Source of the DNA: Lachnospiraceae bacterium
GTDB taxonomy: Bacteria; Bacillota; Clostridia; Lachnospirales; Lachnospiraceae
Assembly (NCBI GenBank): GCA_050944475.1
Contig: JBMNRD010000003.1
Span: forward strand, 135,316-167,315
Direction of reading: 5' to 3'
DNA length: 32,000 nt
The notes beneath the pieces were generated by a model. That model ran no database searches, had not been told where the DNA came from, and saw only the letters and a list, made by a program, of their open reading frames with translations. Shown here in pieces: positions 16,569-24,189 of the stretch (the first letter of the stretch is position 1; every line of letters begins with the position of its first letter). Made by a program: the position numbers and the translations under genes.

Positions 16569-16597
16569 TTTACATAGTAACTTACGGCTGATATATT
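16569..16597 (+). promoter_or_regulatory. Candidate sigA promoter for the second RraA-fold gene
   Basis: TTTACA (16569-16574), 17 nt, TATATT (16592-16597), with a TG at 16589-16590 (extended -10). It lies about 50 nt upstream of the ATG at 16649. Confidence 0.35.
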
Positions 16598-16648
16598 TGA
16601 GATGGTGAAATACTGTCTTATTTTGATTAGGAAAGGAATTTAAAAAAA

Positions 16649-17323
16649 ATGGGAAATGTAGGTTTTAGACAATTCTTAAACTTCAAGCGTGCAGACAAGG
16701 AACTTGTTAAGCTTTTTAAAGATCTTCCAACTCCTAATATCTGCGACAATATGAACAGAATGTATTCAATGCATGGTCTTGTTCCTTTTAACAAAACTCC
16801 GCTGCTTGGAACAGCATTTACGGTAAGAGTCCCTGCAGGAAACAACCTTATGTTCAACAGAGCTCTTGATATCGCTCAACCAGGCGACATCATTGTTGTT
16901 GATGGTGGTGCTTGCGCCGAAAGAGCTTTGTGCGGAGAAATCATGATTAGCCATGCTATCAAACGAGGACTTGGCGGTTTCATTATTAACGGATATATCA
17001 GAGATACAGAAGCAATTGCTACACTTCCATTCCCTGTTTTTGCTATGGGTGCAGTTCCAAATGGCCCACTTAAAAATGGTCCGGGAGAAATCGGTGTGCC
17101 TGTATCAATTGGAGGAATGGTAGTTATGCCAGGAGATATAGTTGTTGGTGACGCTGATGGTCTTGTTGTAATCAGACCTGAAGATGCTGCTGAAGTTGCT
17201 GAAAAGGCTAAGAAACAGAATGCAGGTGAAGCTCACATCCTTGAACTCATTGAGCAAGGAACATGGGACAGAAGCGGTTTCATTAAAACCCTTGCAGAGA
17301 TGGGTTGCGAAATCATCGAGTAA
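16649..17323 (+). CDS. RraA-family protein (4-hydroxy-4-methyl-2-oxoglutarate/4-carboxy-4-hydroxy-2-oxoadipate aldolase/oxaloacetate decarboxylase type), canonical paralogue 2
   Basis: Family blocks: TPNICDNM, GTAFTVRV, PGDIIVVDGG..ERALCGEIM...A..RGLGGFIINGYIRD, PVFA.G..P, GDIVVGDADGLVVI. Confidence 0.8.
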   Translation: MGNVGFRQFLNFKRADKELVKLFKDLPTPNICDNMNRMYSMHGLVPFNKTPLLGTAFTVRVPAGNNLMFNRALDIAQPGDIIVVDGGACAERALCGEIMISHAIKRGLGGFIINGYIRDTEAIATLPFPVFAMGAVPNGPLKNGPGEIGVPVSIGGMVVMPGDIVVGDADGLVVIRPEDAAEVAEKAKKQNAGEAHILELIEQGTWDRSGFIKTLAEMGCEIIE

Positions 17324-17346
17324 TCATAAACGAACGGCGAAGAATA

Positions 17347-18250
17347 ATGAAAAAATTACTTACAGGTAACGAGGCCATTGCCAGAGGTTTCAGAAGCTTC
17401 GCTGTAATGAAGTGCGTAGGTGTTAATACATCGGCTGACCCATAGATGTGCTTCTCATATGCCGATTGTAATGCCGGTATGGTAGTTGCGGTTGCAGACG
17501 AACTCGGACAGCAGTCTTCAAGCCAAAGTGCTCAGGATGATAGAACATTCTTTAAGCACGCCCGTTATTCTTTCTCTGATCCTTCAAACAGTCAGGAAGC
17601 CAAAGACATGCCGAAAGTTGCTTGAGCTCAGCGAAAAGGAAGATACTATCGTAGTTTTAAGAATGACTACTCGAGTTTGCCATTTTAAGACCATTGTTGA
17701 ATTGAACGAACGAGTTTCTGTAGAACCAAAGGAATATGTTAAGAACGCAGTGAAGTATATCCCAGTTCCAGCAAACTCACTTACACTTGTTAAACATTCA
17801 TATAACAAACTGGACAATTTAAAAGAATACTCCGAAAATTGTCCATTTAATACAGAAAAAATTCATTCAATCAAAACCGGAATTGTATGTTCCGGTTGCT
17901 CATATTACTTTGCAAAAGAAGTATTTGGCGAAGATGCCTCTTACTATAAGGTTGGTTTTGTTAACCCGTTTCCTATCGAAATCATTAAAGCATTTGCGGC
18001 AAAAATAGATATGGTATATGTAATTGAAGAGACCGATCCTCTTAAAAACGAAATGAAGCTTGCAGAAATCGACCGTACAAAGATTGTGGGTCGTTCTCCT
18101 TAATTCTGTGCTGACTGCCCTCACAGAGGTTTGTTCCATATACTCGGTAAAATGAAAAATGTAATGACTGCATCAGATATCGGTTGCTACAGCTTATCTC
18201 TTGGCAAACCATACTATGCAGACGATGCTGGTATCTGTATGGAATCAAAC
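17347..18250 (+). pseudogene. iorA: Decayed and 3'-truncated indolepyruvate:ferredoxin oxidoreductase alpha-subunit gene
   Basis: It starts MKKLLTGNEAIARG. IorA-like blocks follow, interrupted by in-frame TAG (17443-17445), TGA (about 17621), a frameshift into the frame of ORF 17486..18103 (LLELSEKEDTIVVLRMTTRVCHFKTIVELNER, GIVCSGCSYYFAKEVFGEDASYYKVGFVNPFPIEIIKAFAAKIDMVYVIEE) and in-frame TAA (18101-18103). It then reads FCADCPHRGLFH...SDIGCYSLSL...GICM. About 60 codons are missing after ARG, and everything beyond roughly residue 300 is absent. There is no iorB. Confidence 0.75.
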
Positions 18251-18293
18251 ACGTTGTTACATTGGAAAGAACTTAATCTGATAGGAGAAGACC

Positions 18294-19547
18294 ATGAACA
18301 ATATTAAAATTAAAGAGATTGTTGGACATGCAGGTCAAGCAAATATCCTGGTATATGATCCCGGAACATCTGATTCTCGTTCGAAAATCTGCATTTGTAT
18401 GATGTATGGCAGTTCTCGTGCTACAGATAAGCTGCAAAATCCTTTTATGAAGAGATTTGCTCTAATGGGATACAGAGCCGCTAACTGTGCTCCACGCAAT
18501 GGATTTTTCATCGATCAGGTTCAGTGGTTTAGCGAGTGTCAAAAATTGATTCGTCAGAATGTTTCAGGTGTTGAAAAAATCATCTTGTGGGGAAACAGCC
18601 GTGGCTGTAATCTGACAAGTGCATATCAGCGTATTGCTGAAAACGGAGCACAGACCTTCCAGGGGCCTGATATGTTTCTTCCTATACCTGATATGGAACT
18701 GATTCCTGCAGATGGTATTATTCACTGCGATGCTAACTATGGATTTATGGTAAATCACATTATTTCCCTTGCGTCGAACTTGAAAGATGATTATGTTGTT
18801 TGTGATCGTACAAGTCCTGAACTGGACCCAATCGCTCCGGAAAATGGATATGATCCTGGCACGGGCGCAGCAAAGTATGATGAAGACTTCTCTAGAGCTG
18901 TCATGAAGGCACAGGCTAAACGCTATAATCGCCTTCTAAAATTAGCTCAGCAACGAATGGAGCTGATAAAAGCAGGTAAGGGTATGTTCAAAGATGACGA
19001 ACCGTTTACAGTTGTAATGGGCTTCGGAAATGTTAATACATACCAGATGTATACACACGATGTAAGATTCTTCAGCCGTACAAATAAACCTCAAAATCTT
19101 GTCCACAAGGATGGGACAATTACAAATGAAATAGTTAAGACTGTTCGTGGTCCAAAAAAAATTCCTGAAGACTGGGAATGTATAGATAAAGGGTTCCAGA
19201 CCAGAGTCAGTGAATATCTTTATTGCGGTATGCATGTAAACGAAGATGAATTTTACTACGACGAAACCGGGGTTTATGGTGTTGAATTGGACAACAATTT
19301 TACAAGTGCCCAGGGAAATGCTGCATATATCAGCTGTCCTACTTTGGCAGTCGGTCGAACAGACGGGTTTGAATTCATAGTGGCTGAGCTTATCGTAGAT
19401 CGCTCAATCGCAGATATTAAGGAATGTATCTTCATTGAAGGAATGACACATGCCGGTGATTGCAACGATCCTGAGAAGTATGGCGATGTAGTTGCTCTTG
19501 AGTACAATTACATTGATTCATGGCTTTGCAAAACATATAACATCTAA
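18294..19547 (+). CDS. Alpha/beta-fold hydrolase, 417 aa, paralogue 2
   Basis: It has a G-x-S-x-G elbow (IILWGNSRGCNLTSAYQ) and a C-terminal His context (FIEGMTHAGD). It is collinear with 2587..3918. AGGAG lies 6 nt upstream of the ATG. Confidence 0.8.
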   Translation: MNNIKIKEIVGHAGQANILVYDPGTSDSRSKICICMMYGSSRATDKLQNPFMKRFALMGYRAANCAPRNGFFIDQVQWFSECQKLIRQNVSGVEKIILWGNSRGCNLTSAYQRIAENGAQTFQGPDMFLPIPDMELIPADGIIHCDANYGFMVNHIISLASNLKDDYVVCDRTSPELDPIAPENGYDPGTGAAKYDEDFSRAVMKAQAKRYNRLLKLAQQRMELIKAGKGMFKDDEPFTVVMGFGNVNTYQMYTHDVRFFSRTNKPQNLVHKDGTITNEIVKTVRGPKKIPEDWECIDKGFQTRVSEYLYCGMHVNEDEFYYDETGVYGVELDNNFTSAQGNAAYISCPTLAVGRTDGFEFIVAELIVDRSIADIKECIFIEGMTHAGDCNDPEKYGDVVALEYNYIDSWLCKTYNI

Positions 19548-19616
19548 AACATCTTCTACTTAATAATAAAAAATCGATTGAACATTTAGGTTTTTGTTGA
19601 TTTTTATTTTCAAAAT

Positions 19617-19645
19617 TTGAATATCTGTTATAATTGTGTTATAAT
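19617..19645 (+). promoter_or_regulatory. SigA-type promoter of the LysR-family regulator gene
   Basis: TTGAAT (19617-19622), 17 nt, TATAAT (19640-19645), preceded by TG at 19637-19638 (extended -10). AAAGGAGAG RBS before the ATG at 19691. Confidence 0.5.
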
Positions 19646-19690
19646 TTAAGTCACATATTCTGGGGATAGGTTATTCTAAAGGAGAGCACT

Positions 19691-20587
19691 ATGACAATCA
19701 CACAAATGGAATACTTTGTTGCAGTATGTAAATATGGAAGTATTTCAAAATCTTCCGAAATTATGCATGTCTCTCAACCAACTATTTCTATGTCGATTAA
19801 AACCCTCGAAGAAGAGTTTGGTATAACACTTTTTAACAGGGAATCAAGAAAACTTATAATGACACAAGAAGGGGTTTACGTTTATAACCATATCGTAGAG
19901 ATTCTTAAACAGATAGATGATCTTACCACTTATATGCTTGAAATCGGTAAGCATCAGAGTCATCTTTCACTTGCTATTCCTATTTTTTCCGGAACATTTC
20001 TTTGCGCAGATGCATTGAAAAAATTTCATGCCGAGCATGAAGATGTTCTGCTTAGGGTTATGGAATGCAGCTCGATGGAAGCAATTGACAATCTGAATAA
20101 CGGTTCTATTTCTGCAGCTATTATTGTCGACAGGAATTTACCTATCAACGACGATATCGAGAAAGCCACTTTACTTGAAACCCACTTCAAAATCTGTATG
20201 GGTGCAAATCATCCTTTAGCCGGAAATGACTCTATTTCTATGAAGGACTTTGCTCCGTATCCTCTAATTCTGAACAAAGAAGACTCATATATGACTACGG
20301 AGGTTAAGAAACATTTTTGGAATGCAGGTTATGTTCCCCGTATTTCCATGTATGTTCCTAGACTTAAACTAATAAAAAATTGTCTCCAGGATAATCACAG
20401 CCTTACTTTCCTATATGCTGATCTTGCAAATTCTATGCATGATATCATTTCAGTCCCACTTGAGGATGATTTTCTTATCACTTTCTCTCTTGTATGGAAC
20501 AAGAACAAAGCTAAGAGCAAAAAGCTTACATATCTTCTTGATACTATTCGCAATCAGGAATTTATTGATTATGAAAATCTGACTTAG
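19691..20587 (+). CDS. LysR-family transcriptional regulator
   Basis: It has an N-terminal LysR wHTH (MTITQMEYFVAVCKYGSISKSSEIMHVSQPTISMSIKTLEEEFGITLFNR) followed by a substrate-binding domain of about 200 aa. Confidence 0.9.
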   Translation: MTITQMEYFVAVCKYGSISKSSEIMHVSQPTISMSIKTLEEEFGITLFNRESRKLIMTQEGVYVYNHIVEILKQIDDLTTYMLEIGKHQSHLSLAIPIFSGTFLCADALKKFHAEHEDVLLRVMECSSMEAIDNLNNGSISAAIIVDRNLPINDDIEKATLLETHFKICMGANHPLAGNDSISMKDFAPYPLILNKEDSYMTTEVKKHFWNAGYVPRISMYVPRLKLIKNCLQDNHSLTFLYADLANSMHDIISVPLEDDFLITFSLVWNKNKAKSKKLTYLLDTIRNQEFIDYENLT

Positions 20588-20617
20588 TACCTGACTGATA
20601 AAAACAAGGTTCAAATA

Positions 20618-20660
20618 AAAGCCAAAGGGAAGCATTTATTTCCCTTTGGCTTTGTTTTTA
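20618..20660. terminator. Bidirectional rho-independent terminator between the convergent LysR and LeuD-like genes
   Basis: A perfect 14-bp stem, AAAGCCAAAGGGAA (20618-20631) with TTCCCTTTGGCTTT (20640-20653), has an 8-nt loop. GTTTTTA follows on the plus strand and an A-rich tract precedes it. Confidence 0.65.
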
Positions 20661-20697
20661 TTCGGCCACTAATAAATAATAAATTTAAAAAGATATA

Positions 20698-21231
20698 TTA
20701 TTTATTTTCTTCCAAAATGCCTTTCCAATAAGGAATAAGTCCACCTGCATTAATAATATTAACTGCAAGCTCCGAAAGAGGCTCACCCTGAAAAACCTGA
20801 CCTGTTGTCTCATTCTTAACTATACCTGTAGTCATATCTCCTGTAACAATATCTCCCTGTGAAACAACCTTAGAGATGCCAGGACATACAATAATAGGAT
20901 TACCAAGGTTAATACAGTTACGGAAAAAGATTCTGTTGATATCATCAGCAATAATAAGCTTAATTCCGCTTCCCTTAACTGTTAATGATGGGTCGTCATT
21001 AGACTTGAATCCACCACCAAGATCAACACCTGAAATGAATACTTCGTAACCAAGCTTCTTGAATGCACCCGGCTTGTCCTTAAACTCTTCAACCAATGGT
21101 TCAAGCATCCAATTGCCAAGCTTTTCAGCATTTGCTCCACACTCTTTCCATCTTGCCGGAGAACTGATTAGATAGGAAGTTACGTTATCGCCTGTTACAT
21201 AGGCCTTTCCTGAAATTGCTTTATTACTCAC
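20698..21231 (-). CDS. Aconitase-family small subunit (LeuD/HacB-like swivel domain) with a degenerate substrate-binding motif
   Basis: It is collinear with type-2 LeuD: GKAYVTGDNV..., KGSGIKLIIADDINRIFFRNCINLGNPII.C, ...AGGLIPYWK. The canonical G-x-NFGCGSSREHAP is replaced by GVDLGGGFKSNDDP. GTG start at 21231, with AGGAGG 8 nt upstream. It begins 12 nt after the large-subunit stop. Confidence 0.75.
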   Translation of the reverse strand: MSNKAISGKAYVTGDNVTSYLISSPARWKECGANAEKLGNWMLEPLVEEFKDKPGAFKKLGYEVFISGVDLGGGFKSNDDPSLTVKGSGIKLIIADDINRIFFRNCINLGNPIIVCPGISKVVSQGDIVTGDMTTGIVKNETTGQVFQGEPLSELAVNIINAGGLIPYWKGILEENK

Positions 21232-21243
21232 TGTACATTCCTC

Positions 21244-22497
21244 CTATTTCAGATAATCTCTTGGGTCAGTAATCACACCTGTGATTGCTGAAGCAGCAAC
21301 AATATATGGAGATGCAAGATATACTTCTGATGTGGGATCACCCATTCTTGCCTTCCAGTTTCTATTTGTAGTACTAATACATCTTTCGCCAAATCCGATG
21401 CAGCCTTCACCCTGTCCGCCACAGCTTGCACAGCTTGGTCCTAAAAGTGCAGCCCCTGCCTCAAGAAATACCTCAGCAAGACCTGAACTAATCAGTTCGC
21501 GGTAAATCTTTGTACTAGCAGGAACAACTAACATACGTACATCCGGATGTATCTTCTTGCCACGAATTATTTCAGCAGCTTCTTCGAAATCCTGGAAACG
21601 GCCATTTGTACAAGAACCCAGGAAAGCCTGATGAATCTTTGTTCCAACAACTTCACCGATTGGATGAACATTACTTACATCAAATGGGCAGGCAACTGAA
21701 GGTTCAAGTGTATCAAGATCGATTTCATATATTGCACAGTATGTTGCATCAGGGTCAGAATCCATGTAATAAGCCTTAGGCTCACCCAAATAATCAGCAA
21801 CAAGCTGATCTGCAGGGAAGATACCACACTTAGCACCGGTTTCACAAACTTGATTGCAGATAGTGCAACGGCCGGCAACACTAATTTCATGTGCATAAGC
21901 TCCACGGAACTCAACACACTTATAGTTAAAGTCTACAAGTGATCCAAGTGTATTTACTGCAAGAGCGATATCTTTGGCAGAAACACCTGTACGAGGTCTG
22001 CCTTTAAGATTAACAAGAATTGTCTCCGGAACCTTAACCCACATCTTTCCTGTAGCCATGATAACCGCTGCATCAGATGAATTGCAGCCTGCTGCGACGC
22101 AACCTAGTCCGCCATATGTGGTGGCATGAGAGTCTGTTCCTGTAGCGACCTCATCAGGGCGTGTAAAGTTCTCAATCATTAACTGATGTCCAACTCCATG
22201 TCTTCCTATTTCAAAGAACAAAGGGAGTTGGTACTTTGTACAGAACTCTCTGTCACGAACAAGATTATTTGCAGCTTTTACATCTACAGGTGGAATCTGA
22301 TGATCAGGTCCAACCAGTACACGCTCAGGATACATTATTTTGTCAACGCCCAGATCCTCAAAACTTCTAAATACTGTAGGTGCATTCAGATCATTAATAA
22401 GGAGACGGTCAACTACTACGTCAACAATCATTCCCGGCTTAACTTCAGGCAAACCGGCTTTTTTAGCTATTATTTTTTCAGCAAGTGTATGCCCCAT
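21244..22497 (-). CDS. Aconitase-family large subunit (LeuC/HacA-like, 417-aa short type), [4Fe-4S] hydro-lyase
   Basis: TLAEKI N-terminus, GPDHQIP, GTDSHATTYGGLGC, GSCTNGR and PSCASCGG (cluster cysteines), STTNRNW.ARMG. AGGAGG lies 6 nt upstream of the ATG. Confidence 0.85.
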   Translation of the reverse strand: MGHTLAEKIIAKKAGLPEVKPGMIVDVVVDRLLINDLNAPTVFRSFEDLGVDKIMYPERVLVGPDHQIPPVDVKAANNLVRDREFCTKYQLPLFFEIGRHGVGHQLMIENFTRPDEVATGTDSHATTYGGLGCVAAGCNSSDAAVIMATGKMWVKVPETILVNLKGRPRTGVSAKDIALAVNTLGSLVDFNYKCVEFRGAYAHEISVAGRCTICNQVCETGAKCGIFPADQLVADYLGEPKAYYMDSDPDATYCAIYEIDLDTLEPSVACPFDVSNVHPIGEVVGTKIHQAFLGSCTNGRFQDFEEAAEIIRGKKIHPDVRMLVVPASTKIYRELISSGLAEVFLEAGAALLGPSCASCGGQGEGCIGFGERCISTTNRNWKARMGDPTSEVYLASPYIVAASAITGVITDPRDYLK

Positions 22498-22720
22498 TTA
22501 GAACCTCCTAACGAAAAGTATCATATATTACTTATTCAATTATATAAGGTTGGCTTTCAAAATAAAAATAAGAATACCAAAAGAAGAGTTTACTAAAAAC
22601 TAAATCCTTTTTACAATTATACCGCTTTATGTTTATCTCACCGGAGAATACTCCTTTGAATCTTGATAAACCCTTAATTTTCCTGACAATGAAATAATAT
22701 CATATTCCGATAATGTATGA

Positions 22721-23914
22721 TATTTTTCGCAAATTAGATTTCAACTCATGAAAGGAAAGTACATGGGTCAGGCCGTTTGGTAAAATAGAGTTAGCACAAC
22801 ATTAATTGCCAAAGGAGAACCCTAACCATGTCCAATAAGATTATACAGTTAAACGTAAGCGTAATCAAAGAAGAATTGAAAGGTCTGGTTCGAAAGAGCG
22901 TATAAGAAACGCTGAATGAACTTCTGGACTCGGAAGCAAAGGCCCTTACGAATGCAGGAAGGTATGAACGGACGGCAGATCGTACCGGCTACCGCTCCGG
23001 CTATTATGACCGCAACCTGACGACAACATCCGACGACATGACCCTGAAGATTCCGAAGTTGAAAAGAGTTGCTTTTGAAATCGATATCATTAAGCAATAC
23101 CAACGCCGGGAAAGCTCGGTAGAGGAAGCCTTGATAGAAATGTATCTGGCCTATGTGTACCTGGATGGTATTATCTGAAACGCAACTGGGGCGGTGAATA
23201 TGAGAACGTAGCAGTGCTGGTCGCTATCGCTGTCAACGAAGATGGATACCGGAAAGTGTTAGGCGTAGCGGAGTGTATGAACGAAGACAAAGAAAGCTGG
23301 ACAGAGTTTCTAAAGTGGCTGAAAAGCAGAGGGCTGTCCGGCGTACGTTTGGTCATAGAAGACCATCGCCTGGACATGGTGGAATCTGTAGCGGAAGTAT
23401 TTCCGGAAGCTCACTATCAACGCTGTGTGGTGCATTTCTATAGAAATATATTTACAGCAACACCCAGAACCAGGATAAAGTTGATTAGCCAAATGTTGAA
23501 AGTGATTCATGCGCAAGAGAGCAAAGAGGCCGCCCGGGAGAAGGCCAAACAGGTCGTAGCTGCTCTTCGGGAAATGAAGCTGAATGAAGCCGCCGAGAAA
23601 CTGGAATCCGGAATCAAAGAGACTTTAAGCTACATGGATTTTCCCTTTGAACACTGGACGAGAATTCTAACAACCAATCTTCTTGAACGGATGAACCGTG
23701 AAATCAGGCGGTAAACGAGAATTGCAGGCACTTTCCCGGATGGTAATTCCGCCTTGATGTTAGTATATGCCCGGCTCCGGCATGTAATCGGCACCAAGTG
23801 GGGATTAAAACGCTATCTGAACATGAAACGCTTAGAGATGATGGTTCTGACGCTTCCGGAAACGGTTGTCATATAGGATTAACTCAAACGGCCAAAACTA
23901 ATTTGCGAAAAATA
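22721..23914 (+). mobile_element. IS256-family insertion sequence remnant (about 1.19 kb) with preserved terminal inverted repeats and an inactivated transposase
   Basis: Left end TATTTTTCGCAAATTAGATTT (22721-22741). The reverse complement of the right end (23894-23914) is TATTTTTCGCAAATTAGTTTT, giving 20 of 21 matches. The internal ORF is IS256/Mutator-type. The flanking 8-9 bp (aatgtatga versus ctgggcggc) are not duplicated. Confidence 0.8.
22828..23876 (+). pseudogene. IS256-family transposase pseudogene
   Basis: IS256-type blocks: RYERT..R.GYRSGYY.R.L.T, QRRESSVEEALIEMYLA, YLDG...KRNWGGEYENVAVLVAIAVNEDGYRKVLG, SW.EFL..LK.RGL.GV.LVI.D, YQRC.VHF.RN, HW.RI.TTN.LER.NREIRRR. These are broken by in-frame TAA (22903-22905), loss of about 70 codons between EMYLA and YVYLDG (near 23150), a 1-nt frameshift near 23176 and in-frame TAA (23712-23714). 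The frame ends at TAG 23874-23876. Confidence 0.8.
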
Positions 23915-24148
23915 CTGGGCGGCACCGGCTTTCCTAAGCATCACTATTTTGTCTTGCAATTTCATGATGAGATCTTCCTTCAATTAGATAACTTCATTGT
24001 ATTATAAGCATCATGCTATCACCACCACAGCAAGTTTACAATTACGCAACATGACTTTACATACAAAAAAATGAATTCCCCGTTCTAAGTTAACCTGAAA
24101 GTTAATCTGTATTCGACAGATTCCTGTTTATCGATGTCTTGCTTTATC

Positions 24149-24189
24149 AAAAACAGTCCCGTAGAATCACTTCCGCAGGGCTGGTTTTT
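24149..24189. terminator. Candidate (bidirectional) terminator downstream of lysS
   Basis: A-run at 24149-24153. An 8-bp stem, CAGTCCCG (24154-24161) with CAGGGCTG (24176-24183), has one mismatch and one wobble and a 14-nt loop. T-run at 24185-24189. It lies about 90 nt from the lysS stop. Confidence 0.35.

Noticed and set aside
17486-18103. 205-aa ORF as a functional gene
   Set aside because: It is the middle fragment of the iorA pseudogene. Its first 40 or so residues are out-of-frame read-through, and IorA-like sequence continues before it in another frame and after its stop codon in the same frame.
20698-22497. Annotating the aconitase-family pair as biosynthetic leuC/leuD
   Set aside because: There are no leuA/leuB/ilv neighbours and the pair lies in an AT-rich catabolic island next to a LysR regulator. 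The small subunit lacks the conserved GCGSSRE motif. It is therefore reported as LeuCD-like only.
22498-22720. Possible T-box or other riboswitch leader upstream of the LeuC-like gene (and in the 90-nt gap 26204-26293 upstream of lysS)
   Set aside because: I could not find the T-box consensus (AANNNGGGTGGTACCGCG-like) or a specifier/antiterminator architecture. The lysS gap is too short for a T-box. Only simple hairpins are present.
23214-23714. 166-aa ORF as an active transposase
   Set aside because: It is only the central part of an IS256-type transposase. It lacks the N-terminal third (which lies in another frame with a stop and a deletion) and the C-terminus (which lies beyond an in-frame TAA).
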